Shown here in pieces: positions 55,293 to 64,000 of a DNA stretch of 64,000 bases. The DNA lies in assembly GCA_963674865.2 (NCBI GenBank), contig CAXXYE010000008.1, forward strand, positions 192,001 to 256,000. The letters are read 5' to 3'. Position 1 is the first letter of the stretch. Every line of letters starts with the position of its first letter. The stretch is from Candidatus Hydrogenedentota bacterium. Its GTDB lineage: Bacteria > Hydrogenedentota > Hydrogenedentia > Hydrogenedentales > SLHB01. Both the position numbers and the translations under genes were made by a program. The notes beneath the pieces are model-generated. The model ran no database searches. It had not been told where the DNA came from and saw nothing but the letters and a program-made list of their open reading frames with translations.

Positions 55293-56654
55293 CTATTCGC
55301 CGCCTGTCAGAAAACTTTCGACGTCGATGTGGGCGAAGCCGATTCCGAATTCCCCACCCTTCCAACCTCTATTCACGAGCGGCGCCAGTTCGTCAAGAGC
55401 CACGTGGCCCGCAAACCAAAGCTTGAGCGTGTTTTCATCCAAGAGGGCGGCCGGCGCAAGAATTTCACCACTAGTCCAGGCAAAATTCTCCCGGGAGAAG
55501 AGGGGCGCGGCATCCTGAATGAAGTCCGTCTCGCCATTGTCCGAAACCGCGTGGTGTAGAGCGACCTGCTGCCATTCCGGACGGGCGCCTTTCTGAAACA
55601 GCGCCACGGACATCACCAAGTGCACGCGCTCACGCAGCACAAATGCGGCCGGCGCCGAATAACCGACGTAGCCTCTCTCCGCGGGATAGGCCGCGCATTG
55701 GGCAAGGACCTTGCGCGGGGGCGTGAAGTGCTTGCCGTTTACCGATGTGGCCAGGCCGATGGTTTGGTCTTGGGGAGGCGTTCCCCCGGCGCGCGCACCG
55801 ATGGCGCTGAAGTAGAGGAGGATCTTGTCGTCGAAGACAACGGCGCCGGGCTCGGCGACCAAATATCCGTTCCAGTCCTGCACGTTTCCTGTGGCGCTGA
55901 ACAGGGGCTCATCATCGAGCGCCCATGTCGCCCCATCTCTGGAGACGGCATGGCAGATCGCCATGGGAGGCGTTTGCCCTGAGGGGTAGACGCCCGTCAG
56001 ATACATGTGGTAACGGCCCCTGAAGAAGACTACGCTTGGCGTTTCCAGGCTGACAAACGGGGTGCCCTCTGCCGATAGAAGCGGCGCGCTCGGCGCCAAA
56101 CGCCACTGCATTCCGTCGTCTGAAATCGCGCGAAAGGGCAGGACGGGCGGCTGAAAGGGCTCATCCGTACTCGTGGTGAAGTACATCGTGTAGGAATCGG
56201 CCTCGTGAAGGACGCAGGGATCGTTCCATAGGCCCTTGTCCCGGTAGTCTCCGGCCTTGATGACGGGATTGTTCGGGTCGACGACCCACGCGTTTCCCTG
56301 GGATTCGCCCTCAGGCAGCGTGCCAGCGGCCTGTCCTGGCGCCGGCGTCAAACAAACGAGCGAGGCGAGCAAGGCCGACCACCACAGCGATTGCCAAAGC
56401 CGTGTCCCGCGCTGCGAGATCCAGGTCTTCTCAGTAGTCTCGGCGGCACGATTCACCCGCTGATCGACGGGGCGCTTGGCCGCTGCCTGCCTAACTTTCC
56501 GACGAGATGAGTTCCCCAATTTCCACATCGTCCTTTCTGTTCTGCCTAGCGAAGGAAGCTCGTCGCACAGGGCGATGGAGAACTTGTTGCCACATTCGTT
56601 ATTCCGACGGCCCTCCGTTTGACGACTGCCCCGACGCGCGCCTATTGTCGGCAA
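55293..56654 (-). CDS. Secreted five-bladed beta-propeller glycoside hydrolase-like protein (true start probably nearer 56400-56530)
   Basis: NNPVI, WNDPCVL, ETPSVV, AEPGAVV blade repeats. Confidence 0.65.
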   Translation of the reverse strand: MPTIGARRGSRQTEGRRNNECGNKFSIALCDELPSLGRTERTMWKLGNSSRRKVRQAAAKRPVDQRVNRAAETTEKTWISQRGTRLWQSLWWSALLASLVCLTPAPGQAAGTLPEGESQGNAWVVDPNNPVIKAGDYRDKGLWNDPCVLHEADSYTMYFTTSTDEPFQPPVLPFRAISDDGMQWRLAPSAPLLSAEGTPFVSLETPSVVFFRGRYHMYLTGVYPSGQTPPMAICHAVSRDGATWALDDEPLFSATGNVQDWNGYLVAEPGAVVFDDKILLYFSAIGARAGGTPPQDQTIGLATSVNGKHFTPPRKVLAQCAAYPAERGYVGYSAPAAFVLRERVHLVMSVALFQKGARPEWQQVALHHAVSDNGETDFIQDAAPLFSRENFAWTSGEILAPAALLDENTLKLWFAGHVALDELAPLVNRGWKGGEFGIGFAHIDVESFLTGGE

Positions 56655-57034
56655 GCCTGCAGGCAGAATGTACCAGACTCACCTGGGGGGCTCGCAGTTC
56701 TTGGTCGATGCCCGCGGCGGCTCAAATCCGGATTCCCCTGTCTAGCCGGCATCTAATCATACACATGTTCAAGGAATCAAGCCTCTGAAGGGCCCCCGGC
56801 GGCCGGGTTGCGGATTGCGCCGCGCGTCAAGCCATTGGAAGTGAAGACATTAGCGAAACCAGTTTCTTCATCCTTTTGGTGAGCACGTCTCAAGAGATGG
56901 GGCCGTTTTAGAGCAGCGTGTACGCGGCGCGGTCGAGTTATCCGGCGATGACGGTGGTCGCCAAGGTCTTGATCGAAGGGCGGCGCGGGCCCATACCAAA
57001 AACCGATAAACGGCTAGAGCCGGATTCCGCGTGC

Positions 57035-57913
57035 CTATTCCACCTCGGGCGCATCCGGCGGCACGACTGCGTCGAAGTTGGCTTCGGCGCTGGTGGGGCC
57101 TTCTCCCAACGCCCAGCGCATTGCATCCGCCGCCGACTTCAAGAATGTCTTATTCGTCCAGATGTCTTCGCGGTGGCCGATGGCGTTGTAGTAGACTCGG
57201 CCCTTGCCGACGGCGCTACACCAAATCACGGGATAGGGAGGGATTTGGTAGATCTCCTGCTTACGCCCGGCTTCCCCTGGATCTAATAGGGCGAGGACGT
57301 GCATCGCCTTCTTGTTGAACTCTTGGAACAGGTACCACTCCTCATGGAGTTTCCAGCCGTCAGGCACGTGCGCCATCGTGGGATGTCCCGCGTCCACCAC
57401 CTTGAGCGTCCCCTCGAACTGGCTTCCATGGGTGCGGAATTCCGCGCCGAGCATTTGGATGTAAGGCGTCGGCTCCGGAGCCGGTGTATCGAACGTGTCG
57501 GTGGCCGAATGAAAGCCTATGAAGCCGCCCCCGGCCTTGATCCACGCGATCAAGTCCGCCACGCCGGTGTCTTCCATGACGGACGTCTCCGTGCTGTTCG
57601 GTTTGGTTAGATCGCCCTGGGTGTAGAAGATGACGAGTTTGTATTTGGCCAGTTCGGCGGCATTAATCAGGTCTGCGTCCTTTGACGACGTGTAAGGCAG
57701 GTCCATCTGCTTGGCCAATGCAGCCAAGGCCACATCCGCCACGCCGGGCTGCCCATCCTCCCGGAAGATCGGCCCGTGCGAGAACTGCTCCGAGGTGGTC
57801 AAGAAAAGGACCCGCGGTTCCTCCGCCGCCGAGCGGCCCAATGCAGCCGCCCACAATACCGTTAACACCAATGCTATGCGTATCCCATTCATCGCAAGAA
57901 CTCCCCATTTCAT
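57035..57913 (-). CDS. ThuA-like domain protein, secreted
   Basis: GGGFIGFHSATDT, EEWY, GRVYYNAIGH. Confidence 0.85.
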   Translation of the reverse strand: MKWGVLAMNGIRIALVLTVLWAAALGRSAAEEPRVLFLTTSEQFSHGPIFREDGQPGVADVALAALAKQMDLPYTSSKDADLINAAELAKYKLVIFYTQGDLTKPNSTETSVMEDTGVADLIAWIKAGGGFIGFHSATDTFDTPAPEPTPYIQMLGAEFRTHGSQFEGTLKVVDAGHPTMAHVPDGWKLHEEWYLFQEFNKKAMHVLALLDPGEAGRKQEIYQIPPYPVIWCSAVGKGRVYYNAIGHREDIWTNKTFLKSAADAMRWALGEGPTSAEANFDAVVPPDAPEVE

Positions 57914-58089
57914 CCCGTGCTCAGGGGGGGTAGAGTAAAGTCCGCGCGGCGGAAGTTCAAGGGGTTAGATCCAACCTCCCCTGGGCTGAAGGCCAGGGGA
58001 GAGCAGGTTTCCGAGGCATGGACGATTTGACTTCGCCTGCGTGTTCTTGCTAGAGTCCCGCCCCGATAAAGTCGAACGAGACTGCATCG

Positions 58090-58150
58090 CGCGTCGAAGA
58101 CAGCCGGCGGCCTACGGGCCTTAAACTTCGCCTGCCGAGACTGCGGATGG
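58090..58150 (+). ncRNA. Ribosomal protein L10 leader
   Basis: CGAAGACAGCCGG...TTAAA...CCTGCCGAG pattern upstream of rplJ. Confidence 0.7.
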
Positions 58151-58233
58151 TATGAGTAATCGCACTGTCCCGCACTGTCTTTTGGCCGTGCGGGACAGTT
58201 TTGTTCGGGAAGACCGAAGGGAGGTGAAGGTAC

Positions 58234-58764
58234 TTGCCGAAACAAGAAAAGATTGATGCCGTCGCCGAGATCAAAGAGCGCATCGAGCAGAGCGAAGTGG
58301 CGATCCTCACGAAGTACGTCGGGATCAACGTCGAGAATGTGACGGAGCTTCGCAAGCGGCTGCGCGAGCAGAACGTATCCCTCAAGGTATACAAGAATAC
58401 GCTCGCCAAGATCGCGCTGGATGAGCTGGGGCTCTCGGCCGTGGCCCCCATGATGGAAGGGCCCACGGCGTGGGCGTTCTCGGACGACCCCGTCGCGCCG
58501 GCCAAAGCCTTAAAGGCGTTTGCGAAGGAGGCGCCCGTCGTCGCAATGAGCGGGGGTATTCTCCAGGGCAAAGTGGTTACGGCGCAAGAGCTAACGGCGC
58601 TGGCCGACCTGCCGCCGCGCGAAGCGCTGCTGGCGCAGGTGGTTGGAACCATCGCCGCGCCGCTGCGCAATTGCGTGGGGGTATTGAACGCCCTGCCGCG
58701 TAATCTCGTAAACGTGCTGGATCAGGTTCGGAAGCAAAAGGAAGAAGCCGCCGAGGCCGCGTAG
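58234..58764 (+). CDS. rplJ: 50S ribosomal protein L10
   Basis: KVYKNTL, GPTA, LADLP; RBS GGAGGTG; TTG start. Confidence 0.95.
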   Translation: MPKQEKIDAVAEIKERIEQSEVAILTKYVGINVENVTELRKRLREQNVSLKVYKNTLAKIALDELGLSAVAPMMEGPTAWAFSDDPVAPAKALKAFAKEAPVVAMSGGILQGKVVTAQELTALADLPPREALLAQVVGTIAAPLRNCVGVLNALPRNLVNVLDQVRKQKEEAAEAA

Positions 58765-58836
58765 TAGCCTCGGAATTTGCCCCCGGGAGTGCCCGGGAAG
58801 ACAAAGCCAATACAAGGTTGGAGGATATAGGGAATC

Positions 58837-59238
58837 ATGGCAGAGAAATTGGACGAAATCATCGAGAAGATAGCCGAGCTTTCGGTGCTCGAGCTGAGTG
58901 AATTGGTTAAGGCGCTGGAAGAGAAGTTTGGTGTCGAGGCTGCGGCCCCGATGATGATGGGCGGGATGATGCCGATGGGCGCCGCGGGCGGCGGCGAAGC
59001 GGCCGCTGATGAAGGCCCGACCTCGTTTGACGTCATTCTGGCCGAGATCGGTTCGCAGAAGATCCAGGTTATCAAGGAAGTCCGCGCCATCACCGGGCTC
59101 GGTCTCAAGGAAGCCAAGGACCTCGTGGACGGCGCTCCCAAGCCCATCAAGGAAGGCGTGGACGAGGCCGAGGCCAAGCAGATCAAAGAGAAGGTCGAAG
59201 CCGTGGGCGCCACGGTCGAGATCAAGGGCGCCGCTTAG
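58837..59238 (+). CDS. rplL: 50S ribosomal protein L7/L12
   Basis: [38 protein letters not shown]. Confidence 0.98.
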   Translation: MAEKLDEIIEKIAELSVLELSELVKALEEKFGVEAAAPMMMGGMMPMGAAGGGEAAADEGPTSFDVILAEIGSQKIQVIKEVRAITGLGLKEAKDLVDGAPKPIKEGVDEAEAKQIKEKVEAVGATVEIKGAA

Positions 59239-59267
59239 TTCGGCATCCCGACAGTCAATTCGGTACG

Positions 59268-59314
59268 AACCGCGGCCCATCGGGCATCGCCCGGCGGGCT
59301 GCGGTTTCCTTTTT
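59268..59314 (+). terminator. Intrinsic terminator after rplL
   Basis: AACCGCGGCCC...GGGCTGCGGTT stem followed by TCCTTTTT. Confidence 0.75.
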
Positions 59315-59391
59315 GGCGCCTTTGGACTCCGGCCACCGGGGGGCAAATCCGCACGTAAGCCGGGCAGGCTTCGCGCCGATCGCGGGAATGT

Positions 59392-59546
59392 GCAGGCTGG
59401 AAGCCCGCACCACCATATGGCCCTTCTTGGGCTTTGGGCAAGCGGGTCTTGACAAATGGCGAGCGCGCCGGAGATTGTGGCGCAGGCATCCTGCCTGCCT
59501 CCGGCGCGCGTGCTTGGGATGCAGAACCACGCTTGCGTGCGGATTC
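59392..59546. repeat. Intergenic REP-containing element, copy B, plus a variant REP
   Basis: 59429-59546 is the reverse complement of 12821-12968 with a single REP (59477-59498); variant GTGGTGCGGGCTTCCAGCCTGC on the - strand at 59392-59413. Confidence 0.85.
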
Positions 59547-59621
59547 CGGCGGGGGTAATCACTTTACAATCACGAAGGGCTGTGCTACCCTCATTCAGGC
59601 GAGTTGGGGAGAGGGAAAGCC

Positions 59622-61703
59622 ATGTCCAGGCGGGTCATTTCAGCGCTTTTCGCGGGATTGATGATCGTCGGCTGCGCCACCCAAACGCCTTACGTCCGGG
59701 ACGGCAAGACCTACGGCGTGACGCAGGGGGTGTTTCGCGGCCGCTGGTGGAGCTATTGCGAGCGGGGCGGCTCCTTCCTCGACGGCGGTTTCCATGAGGA
59801 GGCCGAGGGGGATTTCCATAAGGCCCTGGTAGGCCGCTCGCGCGATACATGGCAGGCCCGAACCTACGGCTTGCACTTCGTTGAGTACTTCCCGAACCGC
59901 GAACTTGGCATCACCTATTATGAGATGGGCCGGCTCGACGAGGCGGAGCAGTACCTGACGGCTTCGCTCGAACAGGTTGACACCGCCCGGGCCCACCACT
60001 ATCTCGACGAGGTCCGCAAGGCCCAAATCGCGCAGGGGCGCCTCCAGGATGCGCGGGAGCCCGCGCTCGCGGCTTCTATCCATGACGGGGCCGTGTTGGC
60101 CGCGCGTCAGGTGCCCATCACCATCGATGCCTCGGATGACTTGGGCGTCGCGGCGGTGAGCGTGAACGGCCGCCGCCTGCACCAGCGCGGGAGCGCGGCG
60201 TCGGTGTCATTTGCGGACGAGTTGGTTCTCGCCGAAGGGACGCACGCGATCCGGATTAACGCCGCCGACTTGGCCGACAAGGCCGCGGCCGAATCCGTCA
60301 ACGTTACTATCGACCTCACGGGGCCCGCCATCGGCATCTTCGAGCCGGCGCCGGACCTCGTCACCGACGCCGCGGCCATCCGCCTTCGCGGAGCGACCCT
60401 CGACCGCAACGGCGTAACCTCCGTTCTGGTGGATAACCGGGTGCTCGCGCAGTCCACCGGCGATGTACGCATGCCCTTCGAGGCGGAACTGGCGCTGAAG
60501 AACGGCGCCAATACCTTCATTGTCACCGCCACGGACGTGGCCGGCAATGAGACGCGTATGGCCGTGTCGGTTTACAAGGGCACGCAGAGCGCGACGGCCT
60601 CTTTCCTGATGCACTTGCCCGAGGAGCTGCTGAAGCCCCTCCGGTTCGCCCACGTGAACTTTATCGACCCGCCGCGGTGCTACCCACCGCTCGCACGGCG
60701 ATTCGCCATGCTCGCGGACACGTCCGGCGCCGCGGCCGGGCCGGCTATCGAAATGAAGTTCCCGAAAGAGAGCCTAGACGACTACCGCCTCCGGGACCTC
60801 ACCGTGGCCGGCACCGTGAAAGCCGCCACGACGGTGGATTCGGTGATCGTGGCGGGCGAGCGGATCGAACTGGTTCCGGCACCGATGGTTGAGTTCAACA
60901 AGCGCGTGCCGGTTGAGCGCGGGGACAACCTTATCGCCGTGCGCGCGCAGGACAACCATGGCGGCCTAACGGAAGAAACCGTTTCCGTGAAGAGCAAGTA
61001 CTTCGCCCTCGAAGACGCGCGGATGAGCGTGGCCGTCATGGGCTTCGGCGGGCCCGTCGAGGACAACAGCCGCACGCTCCTCCGGCAACTCACCGAGCAG
61101 CAGCTTTTCGAGCGGGAGCGATTCGACATTGTCGAGCGGGAGCGGCTTGCCGACGTGTTGACGGAGCAGCAGCTCAGTGAAGCCCTGGGCGATCCGGACA
61201 GCGCCCTGCGGCTGGGCAAAGTGATCCCGGCGCAGGTGTTCATTGTGGGCCAGGTGGTTGCCCACGGCGACGCGGGCCTCGAAGTGTTCGCCGACGTGAT
61301 CAGTACGGAGACATCGAGGAAGTTCGCGAAACTGGACGCCTTCATTGATAACAGAAATGATAGGGCGAAGATGGAGTACGGCGCGGATGCCATTGCCGAT
61401 GCCCTGGTCGAGTATTTCCCGCGCGTGCCGGGGGAAGTGCTCGGGGCGTCCGGGAAGAACGTGATTCTCGACTTCGGCGAGAAGCAGGGCATACGGGCCG
61501 ACACTTACGTGGTGCTGGTTCATGAGGATCCGCCCTTTGTCGATGAGACGACCGGCGAGGTGTTGATGCCGGGTAGCTATGCGGCCGTGGGCCGCGGCGT
61601 CATCGGGCGCGTGCTCGAAGACCGCTGCCAGGCCGAGATGGTGGAACAGGAAGGTGACGGGGCGATTGGCGTTGAAAAAGGCATGCCGGCTGTCACGATG
61701 TAG
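59622..61703 (+). CDS. Lipoprotein with TPR, Ig-like repeats and a CsgG/FlgT-like C-terminal domain
   Basis: Lipobox IVGC; TPR (ELGITYYEMGRLDEAEQYL); GANTFIVTATDVAGN; FDIVERERLADVLTEQQLS. Confidence 0.75.
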   Translation: MSRRVISALFAGLMIVGCATQTPYVRDGKTYGVTQGVFRGRWWSYCERGGSFLDGGFHEEAEGDFHKALVGRSRDTWQARTYGLHFVEYFPNRELGITYYEMGRLDEAEQYLTASLEQVDTARAHHYLDEVRKAQIAQGRLQDAREPALAASIHDGAVLAARQVPITIDASDDLGVAAVSVNGRRLHQRGSAASVSFADELVLAEGTHAIRINAADLADKAAAESVNVTIDLTGPAIGIFEPAPDLVTDAAAIRLRGATLDRNGVTSVLVDNRVLAQSTGDVRMPFEAELALKNGANTFIVTATDVAGNETRMAVSVYKGTQSATASFLMHLPEELLKPLRFAHVNFIDPPRCYPPLARRFAMLADTSGAAAGPAIEMKFPKESLDDYRLRDLTVAGTVKAATTVDSVIVAGERIELVPAPMVEFNKRVPVERGDNLIAVRAQDNHGGLTEETVSVKSKYFALEDARMSVAVMGFGGPVEDNSRTLLRQLTEQQLFERERFDIVERERLADVLTEQQLSEALGDPDSALRLGKVIPAQVFIVGQVVAHGDAGLEVFADVISTETSRKFAKLDAFIDNRNDRAKMEYGADAIADALVEYFPRVPGEVLGASGKNVILDFGEKQGIRADTYVVLVHEDPPFVDETTGEVLMPGSYAAVGRGVIGRVLEDRCQAEMVEQEGDGAIGVEKGMPAVTM

Positions 61704-63222
61704 CCTGGCGGCGCTCGCGGTCCTATGGGCGTGCGGCCCTGCCTGGGGGCAGGCCCTGCCGGCTCTGCCCGAGCCCGTGCGCATCCAGATGAACTCGTCG
61801 CCGAACCTCGTGGGGAGCGGCGCGCGCGCCCTCGGCATGGGCGGCGCCTTCATCGCCGTGGCCGATGACGCCACGAGCGCCTCATGGAATCCCGGCGGCC
61901 TCACGCAGCTCGAACGCCCCGAGATGTCCGTTGTTTATGCCTGGAAATGGCTTCGGGAGGATTTCCGGCGCACCTCGTACGTCGAGCCCATGGGCAGGTT
62001 CCAAGTCGCCCTCGACGACCTGAATTACCTCAGCCTCGTCTATCCCGTCCGGCGAACCATCGCGGGCCGGAATCTTGTCTTCAGCCTCAACTACCAGCGC
62101 CAATACGATTTCGACATGACGCGCAAGCACGTCGCCCGCGTCGTGGGGGCCAATCCATGGCAGGTGTTTGGGGATTTCGGCGTCCGCATCGACGGCCGCG
62201 ATATGTCCTTCCAGCGAGGGCCCGTCAAGGTGGACAGCGACGGCGGGCTCGGATCGCTATCGCCCGCGTTCGGCTTCGAGCTAACCGACCGCCTATCGGT
62301 GGGCATGGTAGCCAACCTGTGGGATAGCTCGCTCATCCCGAACAATGAATGGACGGTGCGCACCTCTGAGCGGCCCACGCTCATCGTCAATCGCGCCTAC
62401 GACCTCTTCCAGAACGGCCGGCTCCTGAACCGCGTCGGCATCTGGTACCTCCAGCGGCAGGTATCGGAGAAAGAAGAGCGCTACGAGGACTTCGACGGCA
62501 CGAATTACACCTTCGGCCTCCTCTGCAAACCGACAGAACGTCTGAGTATCGGCGCCGTGTACCACACGAAGTTCGCCGCCACGGTGAAGTACACGAAAAT
62601 GGAGACGAGCTTCGGGCGCGTGACGAGCAACTGGCCCGGGCCCGCGGTACACATCTTCGATTTCGACTACGATGAGAAGAAGCTGCGCATCGAGTATCCG
62701 AGCGCCGTCGGCCTCGGCCTAGCCTACCGGTTCCCGAACGACAAGCTCACCCTATCGCTCGACGTCACCCGCCGCGAGTGGGATGAGTACGTCGTCATCG
62801 ATCCCAGGCGCGGCCGCATGTCGCCCATCACCGGCCTGCCCAAATGGCGGAGTGCCCACGATCCCACCTACACCGTCCGCCTCGGCGGCGAATACGTCTT
62901 TGTCGATCCGAGCCGGCCCAGGCAGAAGCTCCTGCCGAGCGTCCGCGCGGGCCTGTTCTACGATCCCGAGCCCGCCAGCGGCCGGAAAGACGGATGGTGG
63001 GGCATCACCCAAGGCGACGGCAGTGTGGACGACTACTATGGCGTATCCCTCGGCCTCGGCCTGCTCATCGCCAACCGCGTCAACCTCGACGCCGCCTACC
63101 AGTACCGCTGGGGCAACGACGTCCGCCGCGATATCTTCGCCAACAATGTCCCCTTTGAACGCGGCTTCCACGAAGACGTCGAACAACATCAGCTCTACCT
63201 CTCCACCGTCATCTACTTCTGA
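61579..63222 (+). CDS. FadL/TodX-like outer-membrane beta-barrel (true start probably TTG 61672)
   Basis: GARALGMGGAFIAVADDATSASWNPGGL; C-terminal Phe. Confidence 0.8.
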   Translation: MRPWAAASSGACSKTAARPRWWNRKVTGRLALKKACRLSRCSLAALAVLWACGPAWGQALPALPEPVRIQMNSSPNLVGSGARALGMGGAFIAVADDATSASWNPGGLTQLERPEMSVVYAWKWLREDFRRTSYVEPMGRFQVALDDLNYLSLVYPVRRTIAGRNLVFSLNYQRQYDFDMTRKHVARVVGANPWQVFGDFGVRIDGRDMSFQRGPVKVDSDGGLGSLSPAFGFELTDRLSVGMVANLWDSSLIPNNEWTVRTSERPTLIVNRAYDLFQNGRLLNRVGIWYLQRQVSEKEERYEDFDGTNYTFGLLCKPTERLSIGAVYHTKFAATVKYTKMETSFGRVTSNWPGPAVHIFDFDYDEKKLRIEYPSAVGLGLAYRFPNDKLTLSLDVTRREWDEYVVIDPRRGRMSPITGLPKWRSAHDPTYTVRLGGEYVFVDPSRPRQKLLPSVRAGLFYDPEPASGRKDGWWGITQGDGSVDDYYGVSLGLGLLIANRVNLDAAYQYRWGNDVRRDIFANNVPFERGFHEDVEQHQLYLSTVIYF

Positions 63223-63372
63223 CGGCGTAGGCTCCTCACCTATTCCCAGTCTCGTTGGCAATCACAACGTGCTGGAGGGGGTCTCGCAGTACGATGGACG
63301 AGGTCCGAGGCAATTCAGCTAGGTCGTTATATGGAGCGGGCCAAGTATTGTCCGCTAGAAAGAGGGAGGCGT

Positions 63373-64000
63373 ATGGGCACCTGCATTGACTCATCTCAAG
63401 TCCAACCGGCAGAAATGGCGGTGATCCGTGCTTGGGCCGGCCTTCTCACGGGCGCGAAGGCCCGCTCCTCTGGCGCATCCATTGGGGAGGAACCTGAACG
63501 CCATTCCACGAACGTGCCCTTTAGCTTCACCTGCGGCGCCGTTTCCAGCCGCGATTGGCTGGAAGTTGGGAACGCCAACTGCGACAGTGGCGAATGGCAG
63601 GGCGGGACACGGCTCCATCACCTGCGTTGGCGCGATCCGAAGAGCGGCCTTTCCTGCACCATGGAACTGACGGAATTCAGCGACTTTCCGGCACTTGAAT
63701 GGGTCATCCGGGTGGCCTGTGAGAGCCGGGCGGAGACGGCCCCAGTGGCGAATTTCAAGGCGCTGGACGTCTTTTGGAAATGCGACAGGGAGGGCGAGAC
63801 GCCTGAACTACGGCGTGCCCTCGGCGGCGACGGGCGCCATGATGACTTCCAATACGTGCGCGACGAGCTTCGTCAGTCCATGTGGAATGCTTCACGGACG
63901 GTGCGCATGGATTCCTCCGCCAACACCGCGTTCCGAAAAGTCCGGAACGGCTCTCCGCCGTCCCTGGTGGCCGACAGCCGTCCGTCGGCCACTTGGCTGC
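63373..64000 (+). CDS. 5' part of a second GH36-like glycoside hydrolase (runs off the window)
   Basis: RBS GGAGG; open to window end; VPFSFTCG, DPKSGL and FPALEW resemble the N-terminus of 34200-36203. Confidence 0.65.
   Translation, partial: MGTCIDSSQVQPAEMAVIRAWAGLLTGAKARSSGASIGEEPERHSTNVPFSFTCGAVSSRDWLEVGNANCDSGEWQGGTRLHHLRWRDPKSGLSCTMELTEFSDFPALEWVIRVACESRAETAPVANFKALDVFWKCDREGETPELRRALGGDGRHDDFQYVRDELRQSMWNASRTVRMDSSANTAFRKVRNGSPPSLVADSRPSATWL

Noticed and set aside
56640..56900. REP copy or JUMPstart/ops element upstream of the EPS operon
   Set aside because: Only a short GCCTGCAGGC palindrome without a GTAG tag; no GGCGGTAG ops found

Overview
This is a GC-rich bacterial chromosomal window. 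The many sulfatases and glycoside hydrolases and the LPS/EPS genes suggest an environmental diderm such as a Hydrogenedentota- or PVC-like lineage (inference only). In order, it contains: a split feoB with a DtxR-FeoA regulator; a single-chain restriction-modification enzyme beside tRNA-Met; a Hel308/Ski2-like helicase with a C-terminal wHTH; a two-component system with a divergent secreted Gly/Arg/Tyr-repeat EF-hand protein; an MNT-HEPN toxin-antitoxin pair; a long carbohydrate and sulfate catabolism block; a Wzy-type polysaccharide operon; an isolated rplJL operon; and outer-membrane genes. The standout is the R-M gene at 5627-9883. It carries an entire REPtron in frame and without a stop codon: a RAYT/TnpA(REP) HUH-Y1 transposase domain flanked by clusters of GTAG-type REP hairpins (about 7488-8508). 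A second in-frame REP-only array lies at 9218-9359, and the same REP family is dispersed in intergenic DNA elsewhere in the window. Other notable items: a MITE nested in a second palindrome family, an SOS-box-like operator inside a near-consensus promoter of the helicase, a triple CysE-like acetyltransferase, a catalytically degenerate BY-kinase, and an unannotated 35-aa basic protein. All calls come from motif reading; no database searches were run.
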